This document shows, one piece after another, positions 1 to 9,485 of a stretch of DNA of 64,000 nucleotides (position 1 is the first letter of the stretch; each line of letters opens with the position of its first letter). A program made the translations under genes and the position numbers. This DNA is from a virus. Taxonomy: Duplodnaviria > Caudoviricetes. The stretch spans positions 64,001-128,000 of the IMG/VR virus record IMGVR_UViG_3300049009_000874. One strand, 5' to 3'. Below the pieces are notes generated by a model, which saw only the letters and a list, made by a program, of their open reading frames with translations, was not told where the DNA came from and did not search any database.

Positions 1-4
1 TTTC

Positions 5-328
5 GTGGTCTGTGTCCGCGGGTTTGTCGACATCCTCGTCAATTGCTCCTACGAGGGTGTTGGCGAGAAGATGAACTCGATGGAAGGATGCCTGTCCATC
101 AAGGACTCGGAAGAAAAAATAAAGACGTTCGAGGTGAAAAGATTCCCGGCTATCAGGCTGGTGGGCAAAAGGCTCCTCGTTTCCGTCGATTCGTCTGAGC
201 CGATCGTCCTAAATGTGGATGAGCAGGTTTCCGGAATCAGGGCTGTCATATGCCAGCACGAGATAGACCACGCGTCTGGAATACTCATATCGGACATAGG
301 CAAACAGATATACATACAGAGGAACTGA
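5..328 (+). CDS. def: Peptide deformylase (5' part outside window)
   Basis: EGCLS and QHEIDHASG (QHExDH) motifs. Confidence 0.9.
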   Translation: MVCVRGFVDILVNCSYEGVGEKMNSMEGCLSIKDSEEKIKTFEVKRFPAIRLVGKRLLVSVDSSEPIVLNVDEQVSGIRAVICQHEIDHASGILISDIGKQIYIQRN

Positions 329-330
329 AA

Positions 331-615
331 ATGCTGAGTCTCAACCATGTCCGCAAATTTTGCTCTGGGGACATATCGAAGCCATCGACCAAGTGTAGGT
401 ATCTCGAGCATGACGATCTCGACACGTCAAAGCACTATTGCTTGAAGCTGGTGCCGTCAAAGAAATCCCTGATAGACAAGGAGGTTGCCGAATTCTCCCA
501 CAAAATGAGGCATAGGGGAGCAAGCCTGGGCTCTGAGATCATTGCGCCGCTTGGCGACAATTGCCTTGGCTACATCAAGTTGCGCAGCGTACCGCAGGGA
601 TTTGACGTCAAGTGA
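331..615 (+). CDS. Hypothetical Cys-containing protein
   Basis: ATG at 331 after GAGGA RBS, directly following def; frame of ORF 250..615. Confidence 0.65.
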   Translation: MLSLNHVRKFCSGDISKPSTKCRYLEHDDLDTSKHYCLKLVPSKKSLIDKEVAEFSHKMRHRGASLGSEIIAPLGDNCLGYIKLRSVPQGFDVK

Positions 616-617
616 CC

Positions 618-1115
618 CTACTTGCGTCTCGGAAGATTCTTCTTCATGATTTCCAGAATTGGCTTTTCGAGGGGCGTGAACCTGGCTGAACGCAATATGT
701 TGTCGTTGACCACCGGATCGTTCACCAGCATAACCTCTCCGGCGAGAATGTTCGCTATTTTTTCGTTTTTGTCGGATTTGTTCTTGTAGTAGAGAAGAAA
801 CATTCCAAGCGCAACTATCGAGAACACCATGATTAACGCTCCGTCGCCTTGAAGTATCTGAATTCCCTTGTTTTCGTTTCTGACCCCAGCCGCGTTGAGA
901 TTCAGAAACCCCTGCTGCACTTCGTTTAGCTGGCTGTTCTGTATTTCCGCTTGCTGCCTCAGCTTCCCGATTTCCAGCATGATGCCGTTCTGGTTGTTTT
1001 TGATTTCGTCAATTTTTCCATCTTTGTTATCTATCCTATTTTGAAGTCTGGGGCTGAAGTTTCCGCATCCAGCCAGAAATAAAACAAGAAAAAGATAAAA
1101 AAAGGCTATTCTCAT
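618..1115 (-). CDS. Lipoprotein with coiled coil and internal TM helix (u-spanin-like topology)
   Basis: Lipobox LAGC, Q/N-rich coiled coil, TM ALIMVFSIVALGMFLLYY; GGAGG RBS; CTAAATA motif upstream. Confidence 0.75.
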   Translation of the reverse strand: MRIAFFYLFLVLFLAGCGNFSPRLQNRIDNKDGKIDEIKNNQNGIMLEIGKLRQQAEIQNSQLNEVQQGFLNLNAAGVRNENKGIQILQGDGALIMVFSIVALGMFLLYYKNKSDKNEKIANILAGEVMLVNDPVVNDNILRSARFTPLEKPILEIMKKNLPRRK

Positions 1116-1186
1116 ATTGACCTCCGGGTAAAAGTATTTAGACTCTCAACTTCCATAATTTTGTTTTAACCGAAAAGGAGTTTGTA

Positions 1187-1633
1187 ATGCAAAATGAGTG
1201 GTTGGAAGAAGAAGACTTTGAAGGTGACATCAAGGATGAGTTCAACCATCTTGGTGACGAGCCGGTCGAGAACCTGAACGAGACGAACTCGAGGGAATTC
1301 GTCAGAAGTTGCATAGACAACTTTTTTGTCGGCAAGGTGATGCATTGCGGCGGCAAGATACCTAGATACATCTTGTGCAGCCCGAAGATGATAGACATGG
1401 TTGTTTCGACCAATTTGTTGGACAGCCTCGATATAGCTTACTCCTGCATGAAGGGCGTGGCTGTGGGCGACGACGAAGAGCGATTCAAGTTCACTGGCGA
1501 GGTGACCGACGACGTTAGGTTGGTCAATGAAACGCTCACTTTGCTGAGCCGGTCGGGAATACCCCAAAAATATGCTGGAGGTTTGATGTTGCTTTACTTG
1601 CGTTATGTCAAGGGCGTGAAGATTAATGTCTAG
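1187..1633 (+). CDS. Hypothetical protein
   Basis: AAGGAG RBS, acidic N-terminus, coupled to next ORF. Confidence 0.7.
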   Translation: MQNEWLEEEDFEGDIKDEFNHLGDEPVENLNETNSREFVRSCIDNFFVGKVMHCGGKIPRYILCSPKMIDMVVSTNLLDSLDIAYSCMKGVAVGDDEERFKFTGEVTDDVRLVNETLTLLSRSGIPQKYAGGLMLLYLRYVKGVKINV

Positions 1634-1943
1634 GATGGATGAGCTTCTCATATCTGGAGAACTATTCGACTACTCTTTCCCGAAGGAAAAGAGTTACTTG
1701 ATGAAATACTTCAAGACGGATGTGCAGAGGCATTTCATATCTTACCTTCTCTTGTTCGGCGATTACGCGAATTATGTCGATCATACCGGAGTCGCCTGCA
1801 AGAAGAGGTACATGCAATTCATGTATTCCCAATACAAGAAGATAGAGGAAGCCAGGGACAAGGCTAGGGCGGAATTCGACATAGAACTTCTCGCCAAGAT
1901 AGATTCAGGCGATTTTTCCATAAATTCATTTCCGAAAAGCTGA
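1626..1943 (+). CDS. Hypothetical protein
   Basis: Overlapping start/stop with upstream ORF. Confidence 0.7.
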   Translation: MSRMDELLISGELFDYSFPKEKSYLMKYFKTDVQRHFISYLLLFGDYANYVDHTGVACKKRYMQFMYSQYKKIEEARDKARAEFDIELLAKIDSGDFSINSFPKS

Positions 1944-2003
1944 AGTCGACCATTCTTTTTTTTGGCTGGAAATTTGTTGTCCGCCGACAATAGATAACAG
2001 CAT

Positions 2004-2528
2004 ATGATAAGATTTTCCGAATGGATGAAGATGAGGGAGTCCAGCCCGACGACCAGACTGAAGACTCAGGTCGCCCTAGGTTTGGCTCCGCCCACAGCCA
2101 GCATATTCAGCAGGTCGACCCCGCCCCCATGGCAGGTCGAAAGGCTTACGAAGGCTTTGAAGAAAAGCCACAAAAAAAAGAAACGCAAGCGCAAAAAGAA
2201 GAAATCGATGTCGGAGGGTTCGAAGCCGATGCCAATCCGCGGTGATTTCGCCGCGTTCATTTCCTCGGTGGAGTCTTTGGCGAAGGATCTCCTGGAACTC
2301 AAGACGCTGAAAAAGAAGAAGGATTCGGAGAGAAAGATCAAGTCGATCATGAAGAAGCATGGGGTCGAAGTCGATGGCGACTCGGACGAAAAGAAGGGCG
2401 ATGAGCTGGACTTGGAGAAAAACAAGGATGACGGCGAGGAAATTTCGGACAAGAAAGATAAAGACGGCGACAAGGATGGAAAATCCTCGGATTCCAAGGT
2501 CAAGACGCCAAAACGTTCGGGCAAGTGA
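2004..2528 (+). CDS. Putative head-internal polybasic protein
   Basis: N-term MIRFSEWMKMRE, KKSHKKKKRKRKKKK tract, K/D-rich tail; ATAGATA at 1990-1996. Confidence 0.7.
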   Translation: MIRFSEWMKMRESSPTTRLKTQVALGLAPPTASIFSRSTPPPWQVERLTKALKKSHKKKKRKRKKKKSMSEGSKPMPIRGDFAAFISSVESLAKDLLELKTLKKKKDSERKIKSIMKKHGVEVDGDSDEKKGDELDLEKNKDDGEEISDKKDKDGDKDGKSSDSKVKTPKRSGK

Positions 2529-2564
2529 GTTTGATTTTTTCTTCGCGGCGCATTAAAATAAGTC

Positions 2565-2966
2565 ATGGAGAAAAATCTCAAATCTATGACGGCAATGCAG
2601 AGGAAGGGCTTGAACATTTGTTTCGACCCGACCCAAAGAACCCATGTGGTCGCCGTTTTCCTTGATACCGACAACCAGAAGAACAAGTTGGTCAGCATAC
2701 CCTGCGTAGGCGTCACCGTCAACGGATACGCCTATGACTTCACCACCGACAGCTATGTCGTGGAATGCGTCGATTGGCTTGTTCTCGGGTTCATCGAAGC
2801 TTCTTGCCACATCAGAATCAACCAAAGCTACGACATCAAGATACCCATTTCCAACGATTGCTGTGAAAGACTGCTCAGCAAGCCACAGAGAAGGGAATTG
2901 AGGTCTTTCGCGAGGAGCAGGGGTTATGATGGTCTGCGGGTGGAATTCCTGCAAACGGTGTCCTGA
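2565..2966 (+). CDS. Hypothetical protein
   Basis: 133 aa ORF coupled by TGATG to next gene. Confidence 0.65.
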   Translation: MEKNLKSMTAMQRKGLNICFDPTQRTHVVAVFLDTDNQKNKLVSIPCVGVTVNGYAYDFTTDSYVVECVDWLVLGFIEASCHIRINQSYDIKIPISNDCCERLLSKPQRRELRSFARSRGYDGLRVEFLQTVS

Positions 2967-3400
2967 TGAGCCAAAGAAAGCCTTCGGATGATGATTTCCA
3001 TATGGGCATAGCATTCATGACCGCGAGCTTTTCGGATCATTTCAAGGCTGCGTTGCTTGTGGACCTCATGGGGAACATGCATGTCGGATTGGAGAAGCCG
3101 CCCCGGCAGGTAGCCCTTATGGAAAAACACATGTTGGATCCAGCCTTGAGCCTCTTGTCCTCCATGAGGGGTGGAGACCAAGTCGGAAGCCTATATCTCA
3201 CATACACGCCGTCTTACGATTGCTCCTTGATGATGGCGAATTATGCCGTCAAGAGGATCGTCTACCACGAAAGCGAGCCGTTGGACGATAAATCGGAGAA
3301 TATGTTCGCCAATTCCAGCATCGAGCTGAGAAAACACCAAGGAAACATGGGCTGGATCAAAGACCAAATTTTTTTGTTGCGATCCAGAGATATATTTTGA
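2966..3400 (+). CDS. dCMP deaminase-like protein, catalytic motifs degenerate
   Basis: SDDDFHMGIA N-helix, LYLTYTPSYDC (normally PCxxC), VKRIVY; no HAE motif. Confidence 0.7.
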   Translation: MSQRKPSDDDFHMGIAFMTASFSDHFKAALLVDLMGNMHVGLEKPPRQVALMEKHMLDPALSLLSSMRGGDQVGSLYLTYTPSYDCSLMMANYAVKRIVYHESEPLDDKSENMFANSSIELRKHQGNMGWIKDQIFLLRSRDIF

Positions 3401-3422
3401 CGCCCGGGATGATAAATAGTTC

Positions 3423-4175
3423 ATGGCATGTACATCAAACACATCAGGTTGCGTGGATCAATACAACTGCTTTGGCGGTTCCTGCCCTGATTTCAAAATA
3501 AGAAGGAACGACACCAAGCCCGAGTTGAAGGTCAAGATCCAGGATTGCGACGGGTCGCTAGACTTCACGGACCTCGTTCTCGAGGCTAGCATGTGGGCTA
3601 ACGGAAAACTCAAGTCGTCTATGTCCGACTCGATAGATTACCTTTCGCTGGCTGACAACATAGGGTTCAATCAGATCATGATAGGTGACGTCATCATCAT
3701 CAGCAGACCAAGACAGACCGAGCATTTGCTGGTCGTCGCCTTTGACGAGGACAACCGATACGTCAATGTGCATAGGGGATATCATGGCACGACCCCGCAG
3801 GCTTGGGCTAAGGGTCAGCAGCTCAAGATAATCAAGTTCATGAACGCGCAGGCGAACACAGAAATGGTTCTGCAGGACATATTGAACTTGGACGGGACTA
3901 CCACCAAGGACGTCCTGGTTGACAGCTATCTAGTATACCCGTGGAAGAACAACGACACGTGCTTGCCCGGATGCTACTTCCTGGAGTTCAAGCTCATGAA
4001 GATGGTCGCTCCCTTCAGGGTCGAGGCTGCGTCGGAAACACCGTCGTTCTCGGATCCTAGCCTCGTGGATTACCATTGCGGTCTGCCGGCTAGCATCGAG
4101 TGGATCAGGAGGTTTCCCGTGGATTCCGAAGGTTATTCCATAAAGATATACGACAGCCCAACATCGGAGATATGA
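3423..4175 (+). CDS. Putative virion structural protein (BppU-like Ig domain)
   Basis: IRRNDTKPELKVKIQD...LDFT and YPW..NDT..PG.Y.LEF patterns; ATAAATA at 3412-3418. Confidence 0.5.
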   Translation: MACTSNTSGCVDQYNCFGGSCPDFKIRRNDTKPELKVKIQDCDGSLDFTDLVLEASMWANGKLKSSMSDSIDYLSLADNIGFNQIMIGDVIIISRPRQTEHLLVVAFDEDNRYVNVHRGYHGTTPQAWAKGQQLKIIKFMNAQANTEMVLQDILNLDGTTTKDVLVDSYLVYPWKNNDTCLPGCYFLEFKLMKMVAPFRVEAASETPSFSDPSLVDYHCGLPASIEWIRRFPVDSEGYSIKIYDSPTSEI

Positions 4176-4261
4176 TTTTGATTTGGAAAAGATCATAGAT
4201 AAGTCTTTAAAATAAAAAGAACTTAGTCTTATATGTGTGAATTCAGACAAGGAACAACTTA

Positions 4262-4828
4262 ATGCATTTTCAAGGCAATAATTTTCGCAAGAGAGAAGAC
4301 AAGGATTTTTTGAAGCCGGGAGAAATGAGGACCAACTTCCAGATAAGGGTACCTCAGGTCAGGGTGATCAAGGATGACCAGCAGCTTGGAGTCATGTCGA
4401 CAGACAAGGCTCAGGCTATGGCGGAGGAGATCGGAATGGACCTCGTGGAGGTGGTGCCGACCGTCTCGCCCCCAATCTGCAAGATCATGGACTACGGCAA
4501 GTTCAGGTATGAGAAAAAGATAAAAGATAAGGAGTCGGCTCGAAAGCAGAGGGAGTCCAAGGTTCAATACAAGGAGATCAGGCTTCGCCCAGCCATAGCC
4601 CAGAATGACATGGAGACAAAGGCGAACATGGCGAAGAAGTTCCTGTCCGAAGGCTACAAGGTCCAGTTCATGCTCCAGTTCAGGGGCGGAAGGGAAATGT
4701 CGCACAAGGAGAACGGGATGAACGTGATGCAGAAAATCGTCGAGATCATGGGCGATCAAGTGTCCGTGGAAACGCAGCCAAGGTTTGAAGGAAACAAGAT
4801 AGTTTGTTGTGTCATTGCAAAGGTTTGA
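4262..4828 (+). CDS. infC: Translation initiation factor IF-3
   Basis: QIRVPQVRVI..QLGVM, DLVEV, PPICKIMDYGKFRYE, KEIRLRP, FRGGRE. Confidence 0.97.
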   Translation: MHFQGNNFRKREDKDFLKPGEMRTNFQIRVPQVRVIKDDQQLGVMSTDKAQAMAEEIGMDLVEVVPTVSPPICKIMDYGKFRYEKKIKDKESARKQRESKVQYKEIRLRPAIAQNDMETKANMAKKFLSEGYKVQFMLQFRGGREMSHKENGMNVMQKIVEIMGDQVSVETQPRFEGNKIVCCVIAKV

Positions 4829-6050
4829 CGAACAGATGGCTCAAAACCAAGATTTTAACATATCGCAGTTCTTCGAGGAATCCGTCAGGAGGATAGGATT
4901 GAGGTGTCCCGTCAAGAAAATTGGGCGAAAGTTCGCAAGGAAGATGTCCGCCTTGCCAGACGAGTTCCTGGAGTCTTGCCTTGGTCAGTTCGGCAAAAAG
5001 ATAAAGTCGTTCCTCAGGTCGATAGACATAGATCACCCGGACATGCCCAATTGCTATGATGGTTTTTTCCGAGATGACGGCGAGTTCGCCTCTTTCTTTT
5101 CCGAACTTGTGGACCATGTCAGGCTGTCGGCGAAAACCAAAAACTCGATGATGCTCGGCTACATTGGCGAATCCGCGGAAAAGCACATAATAGACAAGCA
5201 CAAAGCTGCGATTCACATGGATGTCCCGGAAAACAACAGGTGCAACGTAAGGCTCGTCAGGGACGAGGTGCTGAGGGGCGACATAAGAAGCAAGAAGAAG
5301 ATGCAGGTCATAGACCTCGACAGCGTCTACAAGAAGGGGTTAGGTTTCTACGAGAGCCACCCAGACAACTTCCTCAGCCACATGAGGTTCGACCTGTCGC
5401 TGGAGTCCGAGATATCGAAGCTTGAGGTCAAGGCTAGGAGATACGTGGAGATGGGATGCTCCGCGATGGCTGACGAGATAAACTCCAGCGTGGACTGCTA
5501 CAGGGAATACACCAAACAGACCTATTTCGGATTCAACCGCATCACGATGTCGGTCGCTTCCATCATACTCGCCAAGAGTCTCGGGTATGAAGCCAAGGTG
5601 GATCGTTGCCCGTTGTCCGGCGCGGAGACCTACGCGATCCGTGTTGGCAGCGGCTATTTCGGGGACTACCGTTTCGATCCTTCCAATTCCGAAAGCGGAT
5701 CCGAGGGGCATTACCCGTACGAGCCGAAGATTTACCCCATCGACTATTTCTCCGACATGATGACCGATGACACCCGGAGGGTTATCGGCATCTTGGATAA
5801 ATTCCACGATGCCGGGAAAAAGCCAATATTCGATTTCTTCGGGGTCATAGTTCCGTCGATTCGGTTCCCTTCGGTCCTGCATGAAGGCTCGTATTCTTTT
5901 TTGAACACGGACGGATTCCTGAGCGCGCACTACGACCTTGGCAGATGCGTGTCCGATTTCAACCGAAGCCTCGTGAAGAACAAAATTTTCAAGCCAATTA
6001 TAGTGGCGGAAAAAGACCATAAATGTTATTTTATCACTTACTGGATTTGA
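4809..6050 (+). CDS. Hypothetical protein
   Basis: 413 aa ORF filling the space between infC and next gene; start uncertain. Confidence 0.75.
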   Translation: MSLQRFDEQMAQNQDFNISQFFEESVRRIGLRCPVKKIGRKFARKMSALPDEFLESCLGQFGKKIKSFLRSIDIDHPDMPNCYDGFFRDDGEFASFFSELVDHVRLSAKTKNSMMLGYIGESAEKHIIDKHKAAIHMDVPENNRCNVRLVRDEVLRGDIRSKKKMQVIDLDSVYKKGLGFYESHPDNFLSHMRFDLSLESEISKLEVKARRYVEMGCSAMADEINSSVDCYREYTKQTYFGFNRITMSVASIILAKSLGYEAKVDRCPLSGAETYAIRVGSGYFGDYRFDPSNSESGSEGHYPYEPKIYPIDYFSDMMTDDTRRVIGILDKFHDAGKKPIFDFFGVIVPSIRFPSVLHEGSYSFLNTDGFLSAHYDLGRCVSDFNRSLVKNKIFKPIIVAEKDHKCYFITYWI

Positions 6051-6059
6051 GGTGTTTTT

Positions 6060-6380
6060 ATGATTGACGGCGAAAAGGTTTCGATGAGCAAGAACCAGTT
6101 GCTGGAATTCGCCAGGACTGTGTACAGCGACGCTTGCTATGGACATTTGGATTTGGCCGAGAATTACTGCGAGAAAGCAGTCGATGGCATCTTTCGATCG
6201 CTCGCGAGCCATTCGGTCGAAGGGAAAAAACCCGATGGGGTGTGGGTGTCAAATGATCTTGTTGGCGACTTCCCATCCGTCACCATGCCGCCGGCGCAGC
6301 AGCAGCAAAATTTGTTCGTCACCAGGCAAATTTTAACCAATGATGTTACTATAACAAATAACACAATCACAATTGTATAG
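6060..6380 (+). CDS. Hypothetical protein
   Basis: GAGGTG RBS. Confidence 0.65.
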   Translation: MIDGEKVSMSKNQLLEFARTVYSDACYGHLDLAENYCEKAVDGIFRSLASHSVEGKKPDGVWVSNDLVGDFPSVTMPPAQQQQNLFVTRQILTNDVTITNNTITIV

Positions 6381-6389
6381 GGGATTAAA

Positions 6390-6728
6390 ATGGCTAAGAA
6401 AATCGTTGGTATTGATGGAGAGGTTATCAGTTCCGTGGGTTCCGTGAAAAAGGTCAGCCCGTGCGGCAGCCAGATCTTGGTTGAGATTTTGACTCCGCAA
6501 GAGCTCATGAACACCAACCTCAAGCTCTCCGAGAATACCGACCTGAAGCTTCCCATGCAGGGATACATCAGGGCTGTTGGTCCGGCTCACAAGCCAGACT
6601 GGGGTTTCGATGTCGGAAGCCGCGTTCTGATCAGTGGTTCTGGCGTCATGGCTCCAAACATCGATGGCTCCCACCGTGACACCTTCCTTATGGAGCCTAG
6701 CGCCATCAGGGCTGTACTAGCCGAATAG
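6390..6728 (+). CDS. groES: GroES/Cpn10-like co-chaperonin
   Basis: VSPCGSQILVE, GYIRAVGP, VGSRVL, LM..SAIRAVL pattern; next to dnaJ. Confidence 0.7.
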   Translation: MAKKIVGIDGEVISSVGSVKKVSPCGSQILVEILTPQELMNTNLKLSENTDLKLPMQGYIRAVGPAHKPDWGFDVGSRVLISGSGVMAPNIDGSHRDTFLMEPSAIRAVLAE

Positions 6729-6738
6729 ATGATAAAAG

Positions 6739-7776
6739 ATGAACAAAGACCCATATGAAGTTCTCGGTGTTTCCAGGGATGCCTCGTCTGACGACATACA
6801 GAAGTCGTACAGGTCCAAGGCTAAGCTACACCATCCGGACAGGAACATCGGCAATCCAGAATCCGAGCAGATGTTCCGAGAAGTCCAGGAAGCCTATGAC
6901 ATATTGAGCGATCCTGAGAAGAAATCCAAATACGACAGGTTCGGATTATCGGCTTCCAAGTGGTCTTCGGAATCAATGCACAACATGCATGACATCTTCG
7001 GGAAATCCACATACAAGGGAAGAAGCATACAGGCAAAGGTGTCTCTGACGCTCGAGGAAGTGGCTTCCGGCTGCGTGAAGAAGGTCAGGTTCCACAGGAG
7101 CAAGATATGTTCAAGGTGTTATGGGTCTGGCTCTTCGAAATCGGAAAAGTGCAAGCATTGCGACGGTCTAGGCTATCAGGGCGTCCATCTGCAGCCTAAT
7201 TTCAGTTTCCAGACAGAATGCCAGGCTTGCCTTGGTTCTGGGGTTTCAATTTTGGAAAAATGCGCGGAATGCAACGGCGGATACGAATCCAGGCAAGAAC
7301 CTTCGGAGTTCGACGTCAATCTTCCTCCGGGAATCTCTTCGGGTCACTTGAGGATTCCAGAGCAGGGCGAGCCATGCAAGAGGTCCGGAGGGTCCAACGG
7401 AGACCTGATGGTTTTCGTGGAGGTTCAGCACCACGAGATGTTCAAGAGGTATGACAGCAACCTGATCCTGGAGATACCATGTTCATACTCCCAGCTCGTC
7501 AATGGTTTCGATGTCGAAGTTCCCACGGTGTACAACCATAAAATTGTGGTCAAGATACCCAAGGAGACCATGCCTAACACTCAAATCAGGGTTAAGGGCA
7601 AGGGTCTTCCAGGCGGCTACGATGGAATTGGCGACATGTTCGTAATACCAAAGCTTGACATACCCAAGAACATGCCGGAAGAGTATTATCAAGTGCTTGA
7701 AAGGCTGAGGGTCATCGAAGACGGCAACATTACTCCGAGAAGGAAAGAGTGGAACAGAAAGCTTTCCAAATATTGA
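6739..7776 (+). CDS. dnaJ: DnaJ chaperone with zinc finger
   Basis: J-domain HPD, CxxCxGxG repeats, C-terminal substrate domain. Confidence 0.95.
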   Translation: MNKDPYEVLGVSRDASSDDIQKSYRSKAKLHHPDRNIGNPESEQMFREVQEAYDILSDPEKKSKYDRFGLSASKWSSESMHNMHDIFGKSTYKGRSIQAKVSLTLEEVASGCVKKVRFHRSKICSRCYGSGSSKSEKCKHCDGLGYQGVHLQPNFSFQTECQACLGSGVSILEKCAECNGGYESRQEPSEFDVNLPPGISSGHLRIPEQGEPCKRSGGSNGDLMVFVEVQHHEMFKRYDSNLILEIPCSYSQLVNGFDVEVPTVYNHKIVVKIPKETMPNTQIRVKGKGLPGGYDGIGDMFVIPKLDIPKNMPEEYYQVLERLRVIEDGNITPRRKEWNRKLSKY

Positions 7777-7805
7777 TTTCCAAACATACATATTAAAGGT
7801 GAAAC

Positions 7806-8009
7806 ATGAACAAAATAGTAGAAAACAAGTTATTCGTTCCGGCTGTCTTGGCTGTCGTGTCTTTGTTGTTCTTCCTGCTCTGCAACAAGGTGATGGTCGA
7901 AAAGGTTGCTGACAGGGTCATACAAAAGCTCCAGAGGGATTATGCCCCATCTCCATTCGCCCCTGGGTTTGACCCAGACAAGATAGACTCGAACAGATTC
8001 AAGAAATGA
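7806..8009 (+). CDS. Small membrane protein
   Basis: Single TM, AAGGTG RBS, ATACATA upstream. Confidence 0.65.
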   Translation: MNKIVENKLFVPAVLAVVSLLFFLLCNKVMVEKVADRVIQKLQRDYAPSPFAPGFDPDKIDSNRFKK

Positions 8010-8352
8010 CCCTGAAAGACTTGAGTACCATCGGCTGCGTGTGTTCGATGTCCGGGCTTCCCATGAACCCGAATTCGACCATCTGACCTTTTTCTGGCTT
8101 TTTCGGCAACCTTCTGTACTGGTCGTAAGTGCAGAATATCTTGGATTTGTCCTCGAATTGGATCACTATTGGGTTCGTGTTGTACTTGATCATGTGTATC
8201 TTTGATTTCTTGATTATCATCGGCATGTCAACGTCGATTTTCGGCATGAAAGGAATGTATTCCTTGACCCAGTCAAAGTTTTCGGGAAAGAACAGATTAT
8301 GGTCCATCGATAGCTCTTTTATCTTCAGGAATCTTTCGAACTTGGTTTTCAT
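7999..8352 (-). CDS. Hypothetical protein with capsid-targeting-like N-terminus
   Basis: MKTKFERFLKIKE; ATAGATA 5 nt before ATG. Confidence 0.7.
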   Translation of the reverse strand: MKTKFERFLKIKELSMDHNLFFPENFDWVKEYIPFMPKIDVDMPMIIKKSKIHMIKYNTNPIVIQFEDKSKIFCTYDQYRRLPKKPEKGQMVEFGFMGSPDIEHTQPMVLKSFRVIS

Positions 8353-8372
8353 AAAAATATCTATGGGTCAAC

Positions 8373-8705
8373 ATGAAAATATCATCAATCAATTTGCTGG
8401 CAACTTTTGAGGTCGTCATCGCCGACGGGGACAAATCTAGCTCCCACTTGGTCTTCTACGACAACGAAAGCGAAAAAATCATAACCATGGTCGAAATGGA
8501 CGGGGACAAGAAGTCTCAAATAGAACTTGAGATTGCCGAATACTTCAAGGCGGAAGACATGGGCGACACTTCCATGACCAAGGATTTGTCCGATAGCATA
8601 AATCAAGCGAGAGATAGAAGCCGATCGATGCAAACGTACGCGTCGGAATCCAGCGAGTCAATAAGAGTGAAGAAAAACGAAAAAAACGGAGATGCCAATG
8701 TCTAG
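8373..8705 (+). CDS. Hypothetical protein
   Basis: 110 aa ORF, first of a + strand run. Confidence 0.65.
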   Translation: MKISSINLLATFEVVIADGDKSSSHLVFYDNESEKIITMVEMDGDKKSQIELEIAEYFKAEDMGDTSMTKDLSDSINQARDRSRSMQTYASESSESIRVKKNEKNGDANV

Positions 8706-9261
8706 AGAAGCGGAATCAATGAACTTCAACGTCAGCAACGGCGGCGAGGAAAAGAGCAGGAACAGGGACTGCAGGATCATAACCCTGAAAAAGGTTTTTG
8801 ACTTCATAGACAAGAAGGACTACGATGAGTCCGTCAAGAAGGAGCTGAAGAGGATAGTGAGCGGATACCCGCAAAACGCTTTCGAGTCATTCGGGAAGAA
8901 CTTCTCTAAACATCTTGCCTCCGCGCAAAAGGCTGCGCGAAAGAACCGACCCATGTTCATAGGCGAATTGGGGGAGGATTCATACAAGAGGCTGGAGTCG
9001 ATCGACGGGGAGTTCAAAGCGCCAGACAAAAACAAGAACTCCGTCGTCTCGTCGCTTCCGAAAAAGCCGACTTTGGACTTTGACGATTTGGAATTCTCGA
9101 AAATTGAAGAGGCGGCTTCCGAAGATGCGCAGGCGGCTTCCGAAGCTGACCGAGCGGTTGCTTCCGAGGCGGAGGCAGTTTCCGAAGAGGAAGAGACACC
9201 TTATGGTCTTAAGGAAATTAATGAATCAGAACCCGGTTCAAATTCAACCAACCCACACTAG
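8692..9261 (+). CDS. Hypothetical protein with acidic EAASE repeats
   Basis: 189 aa; degenerate ~21-bp repeats near 9109-9189. Confidence 0.7.
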   Translation: MPMSREAESMNFNVSNGGEEKSRNRDCRIITLKKVFDFIDKKDYDESVKKELKRIVSGYPQNAFESFGKNFSKHLASAQKAARKNRPMFIGELGEDSYKRLESIDGEFKAPDKNKNSVVSSLPKKPTLDFDDLEFSKIEEAASEDAQAASEADRAVASEAEAVSEEEETPYGLKEINESEPGSNSTNPH

Positions 9262-9269
9262 TATAAATC

Positions 9270-9482
9270 ATGGCTAAAATATTCGCGGTTATAAGTGTTG
9301 CTAGGCAGGTCGACGGGGAATATGTCGTCGTCAAGCCAGAAAAGGCTTTTTCCACGTCGGAAAAAGCCGAGACCCACGCAAAGGGTCTTGTGAAGCAATA
9401 CGCGGAAGTGATACAGTCTCCTACCGGACCGATAAAGTGCGTCTGCTCTAGGGGAATTTTCGAAATAGATGTAGAGGAATAA
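9270..9482 (+). CDS. Hypothetical protein
   Basis: 70 aa ORF in tight operon. Confidence 0.65.
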   Translation: MAKIFAVISVARQVDGEYVVVKPEKAFSTSEKAETHAKGLVKQYAEVIQSPTGPIKCVCSRGIFEIDVEE

Positions 9483-9485
9483 AAA

